In this document: positions 1-10,552 of the stretch, one piece after another | Position numbering within the stretch: position 1 is the stretch's first letter | Layout of the letters: every line of letters begins with the position of its first letter | Assembly (NCBI GenBank): GCA_965219685.1 | Contig: CBDCOH010000002.1 | Span: forward strand, 3,520,001-3,584,000 | Length of the DNA: 64,000 bases | DNA from: Candidatus Spongiisociaceae bacterium | GTDB lineage: Bacteria; Actinomycetota; Acidimicrobiia; Spongiisociales; Spongiisociaceae | Reading direction: 5' to 3' | Translations under genes and position numbers: made by a program | The notes under the pieces: generated by a model | Databases searched by the model: none | The model's input: only the letters and a program-made list of their open reading frames with translations | Told to the model about the DNA's origin: nothing

Positions 1-49
1 GGGTCGACGACGCGGGCACCGGGCCCGAGACGCAAGGAGACGCATCGCA

Positions 50-337
50 ATGAAGGACCCGCGCGACATCATCCTGCTGCCGGTGATCTCCGAGAAGTCG
101 TACGACCTAATCGAGGTCCACAACACGTACACGTTCATCGTGGACCGGCGGGCCCGCAAGGAGGAGATCAGGGAGGCCGTCGAGACGCTGTTCGAGGTTC
201 CCGTGCTGAAGGTCAACACCCTCAACCGGAAGGGCAAGCGCAAGCGCACCAGGTTCGTGGTCGGCCGGCGCCCCGACACCAAGCGAGCCATGGTGACCCT
301 CCCGCGGGGTCACACGGTCGGGATATTCGGGGTATGA
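50..337 (+). CDS. rplW: 50S ribosomal protein L23
   Basis: PVISEKS...KKA-like L23 motifs; precedes rplB. Confidence 0.96.
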   Translation: MKDPRDIILLPVISEKSYDLIEVHNTYTFIVDRRARKEEIREAVETLFEVPVLKVNTLNRKGKRKRTRFVVGRRPDTKRAMVTLPRGHTVGIFGV

Positions 338-356
338 GGCCGGAGGAGGTAGTGCC

Positions 357-1190
357 ATGGCTGTGAAGAAGAGGAAACCCACCTCCCCTGGGAGAAGGTT
401 CCAGACCGTCTCGGACTTCGCCACGATCACCAAGTCGAAGCCCGAGAAGTCGCTGCTCGCCAAGAAGAAGCGCTCCTCGGGACGCAATACCCAGGGCAGG
501 ATCACCTCCCGCCACCGGGGAGGGGGGCACAAGCGGCGCTACCGCATCGTCGACTTCCGCCGCGAAAAGGACGGCGTCCCGGCCCGGGTGGCGGCCGTCG
601 AGTACGACCCCAACCGCAACGCCCGGCTGGCGCTGCTCCACTACGTGGACGGCGAGAAGCGCTACATCCTCCATCCGGTGGGGGTCACGGTGGGTGACCG
701 GCTGGAGTCCGGTCCCTCCGCCGAGATCCGACCCGGCAACGCACTGGCCCTCCGCAACATCCCGGCCGGGACGGTGGTGCACGCCATCGAGCTGCGGCCC
801 GGAGGCGGTGCCAAGATGGCGAGGGCGGCGGGCACCGGGGTGCAGCTCATGTCCAAGGAGGGAAACCGGGCTCTGCTGCGCCTCCCCTCCGGCGAGGTCC
901 GCTACGTCCCGCTGGATTGCCGGGCCACCATCGGGCAGGTCGGCAACGCCGAGGCGGAGCTCGTGAAGCTCGGCAAAGCCGGGCGCAACCGGTGGAAGGG
1001 TGTACGGCCCCAGACCCGCGGAGTCGCGATGAACCCGGTGGACCATCCGCTCGGGGGCGGCGAGGGCCGATCCTCGGGGGGTCGCCATCCGGTCTCGCCA
1101 TGGGGCAAGCCCGAGGGCCGGACCAGGGATCGCAACAAGGCCAGCAACCGCGATATCGTGCGGCGGCGCACCAAGAAGGGCCGGAGGTAG
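357..1190 (+). CDS. rplB: 50S ribosomal protein L2
   Basis: [23 protein letters not shown] motifs. Confidence 0.99.
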   Translation: MAVKKRKPTSPGRRFQTVSDFATITKSKPEKSLLAKKKRSSGRNTQGRITSRHRGGGHKRRYRIVDFRREKDGVPARVAAVEYDPNRNARLALLHYVDGEKRYILHPVGVTVGDRLESGPSAEIRPGNALALRNIPAGTVVHAIELRPGGGAKMARAAGTGVQLMSKEGNRALLRLPSGEVRYVPLDCRATIGQVGNAEAELVKLGKAGRNRWKGVRPQTRGVAMNPVDHPLGGGEGRSSGGRHPVSPWGKPEGRTRDRNKASNRDIVRRRTKKGRR

Positions 1191-1194
1191 TCAA

Positions 1195-1485
1195 ATGGCA
1201 CGCAGCCGCAAGAAGGGTCCCTTCGTGGACGAGCACCTCCTGAGGAAGGTGGACACCTACAGCCGGACCGGCGACAAGCGGCTGATCCGCACCTGGAGCC
1301 GGCGCAGCACCATCATCCCGGAGATGGTCGGGATGACCATCGCGGTGCATGACGGACGCAAGCACGTGCCGATCTACATCACCGAGCAGATGGTGGACCA
1401 CAAGCTGGGCGAGTTCGCCCCGACCCGCACCTTCCGGGGCCACGCCGGGACGAAGAGGGAACGGGCCACCCGGAGGGTCAGATGA
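1195..1485 (+). CDS. rpsS: 30S ribosomal protein S19
   Basis: [28 protein letters not shown]. Confidence 0.99.
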   Translation: MARSRKKGPFVDEHLLRKVDTYSRTGDKRLIRTWSRRSTIIPEMVGMTIAVHDGRKHVPIYITEQMVDHKLGEFAPTRTFRGHAGTKRERATRRVR

Positions 1486-1847
1486 GATCCGTGGCTCGCG
1501 CCCGCCATGTCCGCCAGTCCCCCTACAAGGTGCGGGTGGTCCTCGACCAGGTCCGGGGCCTGTCGGCCGCCGACGCCGAGGTGGCCCTGCGCTTCTCCAG
1601 CCGCCGAGCCGCCGGGCCGATCCTCAAGTGCCTGCGCTCCGCCGTGGCCAACATGAACTCCAAGTTCGAGCTGGGCCAGGATGTGGAGGAACTGGCCGGC
1701 GAGGTCACGGTGGTCGAGGCCTACGCCGACGAGGGGATGACCATCAAGCGCTTCCGGCCCCGCGCCCGGGGCCGGGCCACGCGGATACGCAAGCGCACCT
1801 GCCACATAACGATCGTGGTCTCGGACGGTCGGGAGGAGACGGACTGA
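1482..1847 (+). CDS. rplV: 50S ribosomal protein L22
   Basis: [19 protein letters not shown]. Confidence 0.98.
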   Translation: MRSVARARHVRQSPYKVRVVLDQVRGLSAADAEVALRFSSRRAAGPILKCLRSAVANMNSKFELGQDVEELAGEVTVVEAYADEGMTIKRFRPRARGRATRIRKRTCHITIVVSDGREETD

Positions 1848-3145
1848 TGGGCCAGAAGACGCACCCCTACGGATTCCGCCTCGGGATCGTGACCGACTGG
1901 AAGTCGCGCTGGTACTCGGACAAGGAATACACGGCCCTCGCCAACGAGGACTTCCGGATACGCGACTACCTGAGACGGGAGTTGAAGCGCGGGGCCGTCT
2001 CCCGGGTCGACATTGAGCGGACGAGGGAACGGCTCCAGGTCGACGTCCACACCGGCCGTCCCGGCGCGGTGATCGGTCGCAAGGGCAGCGAGGCCGAGCG
2101 GATCCGTTCGGGCATCGAGAGGTTGACAGGCCGCCGGGTGAAGCTCAACATCATCGAGGTCAAGGATCCCGAGACCGACGCGCAGTTGCTGGCCCGGGGA
2201 GTCGCCGACCAGCTCGAGAACCGGGTGGCCTTCCGGCGCGCAATGCGGCGCACCGTCCAGACCGCCCTGAAGGCCGGCGCCGAGGGCGTGAGGGTCGAGT
2301 GCTCCGGCCGTCTCGGCGGGGCCGACATGAGCCGCCGCGAGTGGTACCGCGAGGGAAGGGTCCCCCTCCACACGCTCCGGGCGGACATCGACTACGGCCA
2401 GGCCACCGCCACCACCACGGTCGGCACCATAGGAGTCAAGGTGTGGGTCTACAAGGGTGACGTGGTCACCTCCCTCAAGACCACCCGCGAGAAGATCGCC
2501 GCCGAGGCCGCGCTGGCGGCCGGGCGCCCGGCGGGTCGTATGACCCCCGCCAAGAGCCGCGCCGAGCAGAGGGCCGGCGGGCGCCGCTCCACCCGGGTCA
2601 TCGAGGCCGGGGGCGGCAAGCGGATCATCGAGGCCGGGGGCGGGCGCAAGATCAGCGCCGCCGAGGCCAAGTCGGTGTACGACACGCGCCGTGCCGAGTC
2701 CGAGTCCACCGGGCGGCGCGGAGGCGCCGCCAAGGGCGGTGGCGCCAAGCCGCCGGGTCCAGGCCCCGGCCAGCCGGGCCGCAGGGGCGCCAAGCCCGGT
2801 CAGGGACGCGGCCCGGGTCCGCGCTCCGGTGGGGGGCGTGGCCCCGGCACGAGGGGTGGCCCTGGTGGGAAGCCCGGTCAGGGACGCGGCCCGGGTCCGC
2901 GCTCCGGTGGGGGGCGTGGCCCCGGCACGAGGGGTGGCCCTGGTGGGAAGCCCGGTCAGGGACGCGGCCCGGGTCCGCGCTCCGGTGGGGGGCGTGGCCC
3001 CGGCACGAGGGGTGGCCCTGGTGGGAAGCCTGGTGGGGGGCGTGGCCCCGGGACCAGGGGTGGCCCCGGCAGGGGCCGGTCGGGACGCGGTGGCCCCCGG
3101 AACAGTCCCGGCGGCAAGAAGCCCGACTCGGGGAAGCGGGGGTAG
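1847..3145 (+). CDS. rpsC: 30S ribosomal protein S3 with long Gly/Arg/Pro-rich repetitive C-terminal tail
   Basis: [13 protein letters not shown] starts at ATG 1847 (overlaps rplV stop); [14 protein letters not shown]; the ORF-track start at 1349 is a spurious extension. Confidence 0.97.
   Translation: MGQKTHPYGFRLGIVTDWKSRWYSDKEYTALANEDFRIRDYLRRELKRGAVSRVDIERTRERLQVDVHTGRPGAVIGRKGSEAERIRSGIERLTGRRVKLNIIEVKDPETDAQLLARGVADQLENRVAFRRAMRRTVQTALKAGAEGVRVECSGRLGGADMSRREWYREGRVPLHTLRADIDYGQATATTTVGTIGVKVWVYKGDVVTSLKTTREKIAAEAALAAGRPAGRMTPAKSRAEQRAGGRRSTRVIEAGGGKRIIEAGGGRKISAAEAKSVYDTRRAESESTGRRGGAAKGGGAKPPGPGPGQPGRRGAKPGQGRGPGPRSGGGRGPGTRGGPGGKPGQGRGPGPRSGGGRGPGTRGGPGGKPGQGRGPGPRSGGGRGPGTRGGPGGKPGGGRGPGTRGGPGRGRSGRGGPRNSPGGKKPDSGKRG
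2792..3070 (+). repeat. 78-bp in-frame tandem repeat (3 full copies plus a partial) in the rpsC tail
   Basis: [26 protein letters not shown] units start at 2792, 2870, 2948; partial copy at 3026. Confidence 0.95.
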
Positions 3146-3148
3146 ACC

Positions 3149-3562
3149 GTGTTGATGCCGAAGCGCACCAAGTACCGCAAGGTGCACCGGGGCCGGATGA
3201 GAGGCTACGCGAAGGGTGGCACGACCGTGTCGTTCGGGGACTTCGGGATCCAGGCGCTCGAGCCGGGACACATCACCGCCCGCCAGATCGAAGCGGCCCG
3301 GGTGGCCATCACCCGTACGGTGCGGCGGGGCGGAAAGGTGTGGATAACCATCTTTCCCGACAAACCCATGACCGCCAAGCCCGCCGAGACCCGGATGGGT
3401 TCCGGCAAGGGCAACCCGGAATACTGGGTGGCGGTCGTCAAGCCCGGAAGGGTCATGATGGAACTCTCCGGGGTTGCCGAGGAGATGGCCAGGGAAGCTA
3501 TCCGCAAGGCCGGTCACAAGCTTCCCATCAGGACCAGATTCGTGACGCGGGAGCAGCTGTGA
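3149..3562 (+). CDS. rplP: 50S ribosomal protein L16
   Basis: [20 protein letters not shown]. Confidence 0.99.
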   Translation: MLMPKRTKYRKVHRGRMRGYAKGGTTVSFGDFGIQALEPGHITARQIEAARVAITRTVRRGGKVWITIFPDKPMTAKPAETRMGSGKGNPEYWVAVVKPGRVMMELSGVAEEMAREAIRKAGHKLPIRTRFVTREQL

Positions 3563-3605
3563 GGCGAGACTTGGCGAAAGCCGTTCGCGCCGTGAGGGGA
3601 GCGCC

Positions 3606-3815
3606 ATGAAGGCCTCGGAAATGCGCGACCTGACCCCGGCGGAACTCGTCGAGTTGCTCGACGAATCCAAGGAGGAGTTGTTCAACCTGAGGTTCCAGTT
3701 GGCGGTGAGCCAGTCGAGTGACACTGCGTCGCTGGGGCGCCTGCGCCAGCGGATCGCCCGCATCAAGACCGTAATGCACGAGGCTGCTCTCGACGAGAGG
3801 AGGGGCAATGGTTGA
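3606..3815 (+). CDS. rpmC: 50S ribosomal protein L29
   Basis: KEELFNLRFQ...RIARIKT. Confidence 0.97.
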   Translation: MKASEMRDLTPAELVELLDESKEELFNLRFQLAVSQSSDTASLGRLRQRIARIKTVMHEAALDERRGNG

Positions 3816-4065
3816 GCGGGCAACCCGCAAGAGCCGGGTGGGCGTCGTGGTATCGGACGCGCGCAGCCGGACGGTCACCGTCAGGATCGAGCGCACCTCC
3901 CGCCATCCCCGGTACGACAAGATCGTCAGGACCGCCAAGAAGGTCCATGTGCACGACGAGAACGACGACGCCCGGAACGGGGACAGGGTGCTGATCGCCG
4001 AGACGCGGCCCGTGTCCAAGACCAAGCGGTGGCGGCTGGTCAGGGTCCTGGAGCGGGCCCGATGA
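3808..4065 (+). CDS. rpsQ: 30S ribosomal protein S17
   Basis: [23 protein letters not shown]. Confidence 0.98.
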   Translation: MVERATRKSRVGVVVSDARSRTVTVRIERTSRHPRYDKIVRTAKKVHVHDENDDARNGDRVLIAETRPVSKTKRWRLVRVLERAR

Positions 4066-4430
4066 TCCAGCAGGAGTCACGCCTCAAGGTGGCCGACAAC
4101 AGCGGCGCCCGGGAGGTGCTGTGCATCCGGGTGCTGGGCGGGTCGCGGCGCCGCTACGCCCGGATCGGCGACGTGATCGTGGCAACCGTCAAGCAGGCCA
4201 GCCCCGGGGCCGCCCTCAAGAAGGGAGAGGTGGTCAAGGCGGTGGTGGTCCGTACCGCCAAGGAGCAGCGACGCCGCGACGGGACCTACATACGCTTCGA
4301 CGACAACGCCTGCGTCATCATCCACGAGAACCGCCTGCCCCGCGGGACCCGCATCTTCGGCCCGGTGGCCCGCGAGTTGCGCGACCGCCGGTTCATGCGG
4401 ATCGTCTCGCTGGCCCCGGAGGTGATCTGA
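4062..4430 (+). CDS. rplN: 50S ribosomal protein L14
   Basis: [16 protein letters not shown]; [13 protein letters not shown]. Confidence 0.99.
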   Translation: MIQQESRLKVADNSGAREVLCIRVLGGSRRRYARIGDVIVATVKQASPGAALKKGEVVKAVVVRTAKEQRRRDGTYIRFDDNACVIIHENRLPRGTRIFGPVARELRDRRFMRIVSLAPEVI

Positions 4431-4735
4431 TGGCCGTGAGGGAGGGCGACCGGGTCATGGTGATATCCGGCAAGGACCGGGGTCGCCAGTCTCGGGTAGC
4501 CCGGGTGATGCCCAAGCAGGGGAAGGTGGTCGTCGAGAACATCAACACCGCCAGGCGCCACCAGAAGGCCAGGGGCCGGACCATCCAGGCCGGGATCGTC
4601 GACAAGGACATGCCGATCGACATCTCCAATGTGATGCTGGTGTGCGAGGAGTGCGGGCCGGTCCGGGTGCGAGCCGGCTTCAGCGAGACCGGCCGCAAGT
4701 ACCGCCGGTGCGTCAAGTGCGGCGGCGAGGTGTGA
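4430..4735 (+). CDS. rplX: 50S ribosomal protein L24
   Basis: [16 protein letters not shown] motif; ATG overlaps rplN stop. Confidence 0.96.
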   Translation: MAVREGDRVMVISGKDRGRQSRVARVMPKQGKVVVENINTARRHQKARGRTIQAGIVDKDMPIDISNVMLVCEECGPVRVRAGFSETGRKYRRCVKCGGEV

Positions 4736-4760
4736 AGCCCATGAACGAACGGTGCGAAGC

Positions 4761-5327
4761 ATGAATCCGACTCCCAGACTCAAGCAGCTGTACGTCGACA
4801 CGGTCCATGCCCGGATGATGGAGGAGCTCGGCCTTCCCAACCCGATGCTGGTCCCCAGGATCGACAAGATCGTCGTGAACATGGGGGTGGGCGACGCGGT
4901 GGGCGACGCCAAGCAGATCAACGCCGCGATGGACGACCTGGCCACGATCGCCGGGCAGAGGCCCCGGCTAAACCGGGCGCGACGGTCGATCGCGGGCTTC
5001 AAGCTCCGGGCGGGAAACCCGGTGGGCTGCTCCGTTACCCTACGGGGGGATCGGGCCTGGGAGTTCCTCGACAGGTTGATTACCATCTCGATCCCTCGCA
5101 TCCGGGACTTCCGGGGGTTGAGCCCGGCCTCGTTCGACGGCCGGGGCAACTACAGCTTCGGGGTGAGCGAGCAGCTCATCTTTCCGGAGATCGACTACGA
5201 CAAGGTGACGGCGGTGCGCGGTATGGATATCACCATCTGTACCACCGCCTCCGACGACCGGGCGGCGAGGGCGTTGCTGGATGCGTTCGGCTTTCCGTTC
5301 CGGCGCACGGCGCCCATGACCAACTGA
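4761..5327 (+). CDS. rplE: 50S ribosomal protein L5
   Basis: [24 protein letters not shown]. Confidence 0.98.
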   Translation: MNPTPRLKQLYVDTVHARMMEELGLPNPMLVPRIDKIVVNMGVGDAVGDAKQINAAMDDLATIAGQRPRLNRARRSIAGFKLRAGNPVGCSVTLRGDRAWEFLDRLITISIPRIRDFRGLSPASFDGRGNYSFGVSEQLIFPEIDYDKVTAVRGMDITICTTASDDRAARALLDAFGFPFRRTAPMTN

Positions 5328-5342
5328 GATAGAGGCTGGAAG

Positions 5343-5648
5343 ATGGCTAAGAAGTCGATGATTGCCAAGAACAAGCGGCGGGCGGAGCTGATAGAGCGCT
5401 ACCGGGAGCAGCGAGCTGAACTGGTCAGCGTCATCAAGGATCCGGACGCCTCGCTCGAGGCCAAGCGGAAGGCCTACGCGGCCATCGCCAAGATGCCTCG
5501 CGACGCGAGCCCCACCCGGTACCGGAACAGGTGCGGTATCACCGGCCGGCCCCGGGGTTACCTCCGCCAGTTCGGCATGTCCCGCATAGCGGTCCGGGAA
5601 CTCGCCCACCGGGGCGAGCTACCCGGCGTGATGAAGTCGTCCTGGTGA
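5343..5648 (+). CDS. rpsN: 30S ribosomal protein S14, long 101-aa (Zn-independent) type
   Basis: MAKKSMI...[20 protein letters not shown]...[11 protein letters not shown]; only one Cys. Confidence 0.96.
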   Translation: MAKKSMIAKNKRRAELIERYREQRAELVSVIKDPDASLEAKRKAYAAIAKMPRDASPTRYRNRCGITGRPRGYLRQFGMSRIAVRELAHRGELPGVMKSSW

Positions 5649-5655
5649 TCCGCTC

Positions 5656-6057
5656 ATGATGACCGACCCCATCGCCGACATGCTGACCCGCATCCGCAAC
5701 GCCAACCTGGCGCTGCACGCCAGCGTGAGCATGCCCTCCTCGAAGATGAAGGAGCAGATCGCCAAGCTCCTCGCCGCCGAGGGATACGTGGAGGGATACG
5801 ACGTGGCGCCCGCCGACCAGGGCACCGAGTTGACGATCAGGCTCAAGTTCGCCGGCAAGGGCAACCGGGACCGGATACTCACCGGTCTGAGGCGCGTCTC
5901 CCGCCCGGGGCGGCGCATCTACAAGGGAGCAAGCGAGCTCCCCCGGTCCCAGGGAGGCCTGGGAACGGTGGTCGTGTCCACCTCCCAGGGACTGCTTCCG
6001 GACCGGGAGGCCCGGCGGCGGCGCCTGGGCGGCGAGCTGGTGTGCGAGGTCTGGTGA
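5656..6057 (+). CDS. rpsH: 30S ribosomal protein S8
   Basis: TDPIADMLTRIRNA, SRPGRRIY. Confidence 0.99.
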   Translation: MMTDPIADMLTRIRNANLALHASVSMPSSKMKEQIAKLLAAEGYVEGYDVAPADQGTELTIRLKFAGKGNRDRILTGLRRVSRPGRRIYKGASELPRSQGGLGTVVVSTSQGLLPDREARRRRLGGELVCEVW

Positions 6058-6061
6058 GATC

Positions 6062-6610
6062 ATGAGCCGTATAGGAAGGATCCCCGTCCCGGTCCCGCCC
6101 GGCGTGACGGTCACCGTCGCCGGCAGTGACGTGAACGTGGCGGGTCCGAAGGGCTCACTCCGTCGCACCTTCGAGAACCGGGTGAGCCTGGAGGTGGTGG
6201 ACGGCCGCTGCGTGGTCACCCGCAGGGACGACGAGCGCCGCACCCGCGCCTACCACGGCCTGGCCAGGGCGCTGGTCAACAACATGGTCATCGGGGTTTC
6301 GCAGGGCTACAGCAAGACCCTCAAGATCGTAGGGGTGGGATACCGGGTCCTTCCCAGGGGCCGGGCGCTGGAACTCCAGGTCGGATTCAGCCACACCGTC
6401 GCCATTCCCGCCACGGAAGGTATCGACTTCGAGGTCCCGGACGCCACCACCATCATCGTGAAGGGCATCGACAAGGAACTGGTGGGCCAGGTGGCGGCCG
6501 ACATCCGCAGCGTGCGCCCGCCGGAGCCCTACAAGGGCAAGGGCATCCGGTACGTGGACGAGTACGTGCGGCGCAAGAGCGGCAAGGCTGCGGGAGCGGC
6601 GGCGCGATGA
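6062..6610 (+). CDS. rplF: 50S ribosomal protein L6
   Basis: [21 protein letters not shown]. Confidence 0.99.
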   Translation: MSRIGRIPVPVPPGVTVTVAGSDVNVAGPKGSLRRTFENRVSLEVVDGRCVVTRRDDERRTRAYHGLARALVNNMVIGVSQGYSKTLKIVGVGYRVLPRGRALELQVGFSHTVAIPATEGIDFEVPDATTIIVKGIDKELVGQVAADIRSVRPPEPYKGKGIRYVDEYVRRKSGKAAGAAAR

Positions 6611-6960
6611 GCGGCGTCCGGTCCCGGGCCCGCATCCGGCGCCACCGGCGCGTGAGGAAGAGGGTGAGAGGCAATGCCTCCCGGCCGCGGCTGGCCGTCT
6701 TCCGCAGCAACCGGTACATATACGCCCAGGTGATCGACGACGACGCGGGCCGGACCCTGGCGGCGGCGTCGTCCCAGGAGGAGCAACTTCGCTCGGCGAC
6801 GCTGACCGCGGCCACGGCCGCCACGGTGGGAAGGCTCATCGCGGCCCGGGCCGCCGCGGCAGGGGTCACCGACGTGGTGTTCGATCGTGGTGGGCATCCT
6901 TTCCACGGTCGCGTGAAGGCACTGGCGGATTCGGCAAGGGAGGCGGGACTTGAGTTCTAG
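6607..6960 (+). CDS. rplR: 50S ribosomal protein L18
   Basis: [26 protein letters not shown]. Confidence 0.98.
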   Translation: MSGVRSRARIRRHRRVRKRVRGNASRPRLAVFRSNRYIYAQVIDDDAGRTLAAASSQEEQLRSATLTAATAATVGRLIAARAAAAGVTDVVFDRGGHPFHGRVKALADSAREAGLEF

Positions 6961-6979
6961 GACGAGGCGACGCGACGGG

Positions 6980-7525
6980 ATGGCCGGCTCCGGCCCCCAG
7001 TACGACGAGCGGGTCATCGAGATCAACCGGGTCTCGAAGGTCAGCAAGGGGGGACGCAGGTTCTCCTTCACCGCGCTGGTGGCGCTGGGGGACGGGAACG
7101 GTCGGGTGGGAATCGGCTACGGCAAGGCCAAGGAAGTCCCCACCGCCATCCAGAAGGCGATCGAGTCGGCGCGCAAGTCGATGTTCACCGTGCCGATGGC
7201 CGGTACCACGCTCATACATCAGGTGGTCGGCCGCCACGGTGCGTCGCGGGTGCTCCTCAAGCCCGCCTCGCCCGGTACGGGCGTGATCGCCGGCGGCGCG
7301 GTACGCCAGATACTCGAGGCGGCCGGGGTGCGCGACGCCCTGTCGAAGTCGCTCGGCGCCCCCACCCACCTCAACGTGGCTCGGGCCACCATCGAGGGCC
7401 TCAAGGGCCAGCGCCGCCCGGAGGATGTGGCCAGGGCCAGGGGGAAGACTCCCGAGGATGTCACCCCTCCCGGCCTGCTGGCCGCCTACCGCTCCACCGA
7501 GATGCTACGGGCGTCGGGTGGATGA
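6980..7525 (+). CDS. rpsE: 30S ribosomal protein S5
   Basis: [27 protein letters not shown]. Confidence 0.97.
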   Translation: MAGSGPQYDERVIEINRVSKVSKGGRRFSFTALVALGDGNGRVGIGYGKAKEVPTAIQKAIESARKSMFTVPMAGTTLIHQVVGRHGASRVLLKPASPGTGVIAGGAVRQILEAAGVRDALSKSLGAPTHLNVARATIEGLKGQRRPEDVARARGKTPEDVTPPGLLAAYRSTEMLRASGG

Positions 7526-7535
7526 GGCGGTGGCG

Positions 7536-7721
7536 ATGGCAGAGTCCCGACTTCGTATCACCCTGCGGAGGAGCCTGATCGGCGAGAAGCCGAAGGCCAG
7601 GGCGACCGTCCGCAGCCTGGGGCTCCGCAGGATCAACGCCTCGGTGGAACACCGCGACACCCCCGACATCCGGGGGATGGTCCACCGGGTCCGCCACCTG
7701 GTGGAAGTGGAGCAGTTGTAG
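7536..7721 (+). CDS. rpmD: 50S ribosomal protein L30
   Basis: LRITLRRSLIG..ATVRSLGLRR..RGMVHRVRHLV. Confidence 0.95.
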   Translation: MAESRLRITLRRSLIGEKPKARATVRSLGLRRINASVEHRDTPDIRGMVHRVRHLVEVEQL

Positions 7722-7838
7722 TGGTCCGCCCGCGAGGTGATACGCTGCGATGCTGCCGTCGCACGCCGGACCGCCACCCCGCCGCAACGACAGATATCTA
7801 GAGGACATCGACGCGAGACCTATCCGGAGGAGCCGACC

Positions 7839-8297
7839 GTGGCCACCAAGAGGAATCAACTCAAGCTCCATCACCTGCGACCCGCCGAAGGGTCGAAGCG
7901 TAAGAAGATCCGCGTCGGGCGCGGCGAAGCCGGCCGGCGCGGGAAGACCGCCGGTCGCGGCACGAAGGGCCTCAAGGCCCGGCGCAACGTACGTCCCGGC
8001 TTCGAGGGCGGCCAGACGCCCCTGCAGGCTCGCATCCCGAAACTCCGCGGGTTCAAGCCGTACAACCGGGTGGAGTACACGGTGGTGAACGTCGACCACC
8101 TCGCCGCGTTCGGCGACGGCGCCACCGTCTCCCTGGCCGATCTTCGGGAGCGGGGCCTCGTCCGCAAGCGGGGGAAGGTCAAGGTCCTGGGCAGGGGCGA
8201 GATCGATGCGGCACTGACCGTCGAGGCCCACGCGTTCAGCGGGTCGGCCCGAGAGAAGATCGAGAGCGCGGGGGGTTCGTGCGTGATCGTCGGGTGA
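7839..8297 (+). CDS. rplO: 50S ribosomal protein L15
   Basis: RVGRG..GKTAGRGTKG..GFEGGQTPL; GTG start after GGAGG. Confidence 0.96.
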   Translation: MATKRNQLKLHHLRPAEGSKRKKIRVGRGEAGRRGKTAGRGTKGLKARRNVRPGFEGGQTPLQARIPKLRGFKPYNRVEYTVVNVDHLAAFGDGATVSLADLRERGLVRKRGKVKVLGRGEIDAALTVEAHAFSGSAREKIESAGGSCVIVG

Positions 8298-8362
8298 CGA
8301 CCTCACCGGCGCCGCTGGGCCACCGGACAGCGATCCGTGCCAGGCCCGCCCGGACAAGGGGG

Positions 8363-8391
8363 TTGACCCTGTCACACGCCCGCCCCATACT
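8363..8391 (+). promoter_or_regulatory. putative sigma-70 promoter upstream of secY
   Basis: TTGACC-17 bp-CATACT in the 355-bp rplO-secY gap. Confidence 0.55.
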
Positions 8392-8652
8392 TGGGAACTA
8401 CCAAGCACCTGCGCGGTCCCGGGACTGGACGTCGGCCCGACCGCCGGAGGGATCAGGTCTGCGGAGCGGCCATCCCCGGCCAGCCGGGCGAAGCGCGCTC
8501 CGAACCGAGGACAGGTGGTGGTGGGGGTGGGCCCGGAGGGTCGGCCTGTCGGGGCGTTTTTCGCGGACCGGCGGATCCGGCGCCGCGTCCGGGACTCGGG
8601 TGGACTGCAGTCCGGGTGAAGGTCGGGACAACGGTTACGGAGGGCGGCGCTG

Positions 8653-9975
8653 ATGCTGAACGTGTACCGCCACATGTTCAAGATCCCGGATCTGCGGGGC
8701 AAGATCCTGTTCACCCTCGCCATCTTCGCCCTCTACCGGTTGGGGGCGACGGTCCCGGTTCCGGGGATCGAGTTGGACCGGCTCGACGCCTTGGCCGGCC
8801 AGCGGCAGGGGGGCGCCTTCGGTCTGCTCAACCTGTTCTCCGGGAACGCCCTCGAGAACCTCTCGGTGTTCAGCCTCGGGATCCTCCCGTACATAACCGC
8901 CAGCATCATCATGCAGCTCCTGTCGGTGGTCATCCCGAGGCTGCAGAAGCTCCAGGACGAGGGCGAGTCCGGGAGGGCGGTCATCACCAAGTGGACCCGC
9001 ATCGTCACGGTCGTCCTCGCCCTCCTCCAGTCGACCGGCATCACCTACCTGTTCAGCCGGGGCAGCAGCTTCACCGGAGGGGTGGTGCTGATCGACGACT
9101 ACACGCCCACCCGCGTCGTGTTGATGGTGGTCACGATGACCGCGGGCACGGCCTTCGTGATGTGGTTGGGCGAGCTCATAACCCAGCGGGGCGTGGGCAA
9201 CGGGATGTCGCTGCTGATCTTCATCAGCATCGTGGCGGCACTGCCCAGCCAGTTCTCGCTGATCTGGCAGTTCACCGTTCCTGCCGGGCGCGCCGCCATC
9301 TTCGTGTTCATCATCGCCCTGTTCGTCTTCATGATCGTGGGCATCATCTACGTGGAGCAGGGACAGAGGCGGATCCCGATCCAGTTCGCCAAGCGGATCC
9401 GGGGCCGGCGGGTCATGGGCGGCCAGAGCACCTACATACCGCTCAAGATCAACATGGCCGGCGTGATCCCGGTGATCTTCGCCACGTCGATCCTGTTCTT
9501 CCCGGTGCTGATCTCCACCTCCATCCCCAGCACCGAGGGGTTCTTCGCCACCGTGCGGGAGTTCATCAACGTGCACCTGGCCCCCTCCGGCTACGCGAGC
9601 GGCGCCACGAGCTGGGTCTACATACTGGTGCTGTTCTTCCTGATCGTGTTCTTCACCTACTTCTACACCGCCATCCAGTTCGATCCGGTCCGCCAATCGG
9701 AGATGATCCAGCGCCAGGGCGGGTTCATCCCGGGCCAGCGTCCGGGCCGCCAGACCGCCCGCTACCTGGAGAGGATCCTCAACCGCATCACCCTTCCCGG
9801 CTCCATCTTCCTGGGGATGATCTCGATCCTGCCCGCCATAGCGTCAGCGTTGTGGGCGATCCCGGTGGGGTTCTCCGGGGTCTCGATCCTCATCGTGGTG
9901 GGGGTCGCCCTCGAGACCATGAAGCAGATCGAGAGCCAGCTCACCATGCGGAACTACGAGGGGTTCCTCACTTGA
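8653..9975 (+). CDS. secY: preprotein translocase subunit SecY
   Basis: FSLGILPYITASII, GVGNGMSLLIF, GVIPVIFA; about 10 TM segments. Confidence 0.99.
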   Translation: MLNVYRHMFKIPDLRGKILFTLAIFALYRLGATVPVPGIELDRLDALAGQRQGGAFGLLNLFSGNALENLSVFSLGILPYITASIIMQLLSVVIPRLQKLQDEGESGRAVITKWTRIVTVVLALLQSTGITYLFSRGSSFTGGVVLIDDYTPTRVVLMVVTMTAGTAFVMWLGELITQRGVGNGMSLLIFISIVAALPSQFSLIWQFTVPAGRAAIFVFIIALFVFMIVGIIYVEQGQRRIPIQFAKRIRGRRVMGGQSTYIPLKINMAGVIPVIFATSILFFPVLISTSIPSTEGFFATVREFINVHLAPSGYASGATSWVYILVLFFLIVFFTYFYTAIQFDPVRQSEMIQRQGGFIPGQRPGRQTARYLERILNRITLPGSIFLGMISILPAIASALWAIPVGFSGVSILIVVGVALETMKQIESQLTMRNYEGFLT

Positions 9976-9994
9976 ACGGCCACACCGCCGGGCC

Positions 9995-10552
9995 ATGAGG
10001 CTGCTGTTCCTCGGCCCTCCCGGGGTCGGCAAGGGCACGCAGGCGGCGAACGTATCCACCGCTTCGAGCATCGCCCACATCTCCACCGGCGACATGTTCC
10101 GCCGCCACATATCCGACGGCACCCCTCTCGGGAAGCGGGTGAGGCGCATCATGGACCGGGGCGATCTCGTTCCCGACAGCGTGACGGTCGAGATGCTGAT
10201 GGGTCGCCTGGACCGGGCGGATGCGGCGGACGGCTACATCCTCGACGGGTTTCCCCGCACCCTTCCGCAGGCCCGGGCCCTCGACGAGGCGATCGGCGAG
10301 GACGCCCTCGACGCGGTGATCGTGCTGACCGCTCCGCCGGACGTGCTGGTGGAACGGATGCTGGCGCGCGGCCGGGCCGATGACACCGAGGCCTCGGTGC
10401 GGAACCGGCTGGCGGTCTACGAGCGGGAGACGGCGCCGCTCGTAGGCTTCTACCGGGAGCGGGGCATAGTCATGCCTGTCCGGGGCACCGGCGCCATCGA
10501 GGAGATCACGGATCGCATCCTCGAGGTTCTGGCCGGCCTGTCCCCGGCATGA
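9995..10552 (+). CDS. adk: adenylate kinase (short type)
   Basis: GPPGVGKGTQA, HISTGDMFR, LDGFPR. Confidence 0.98.
   Translation: MRLLFLGPPGVGKGTQAANVSTASSIAHISTGDMFRRHISDGTPLGKRVRRIMDRGDLVPDSVTVEMLMGRLDRADAADGYILDGFPRTLPQARALDEAIGEDALDAVIVLTAPPDVLVERMLARGRADDTEASVRNRLAVYERETAPLVGFYRERGIVMPVRGTGAIEEITDRILEVLAGLSPA

Noticed and set aside
1349-1846. N-terminal extension of S3 in the ORF track
   Set aside because: Overlaps rpsS/rplV; the true S3 begins MGQK at 1847
1721-3823. Long antisense and alternative-frame ORFs over ribosomal and other genes (e.g. 1721..3823, 8391..9998, 21505..23091, 41995..43524)
   Set aside because: Shadow ORFs typical of high-GC DNA overlapping well-supported genes
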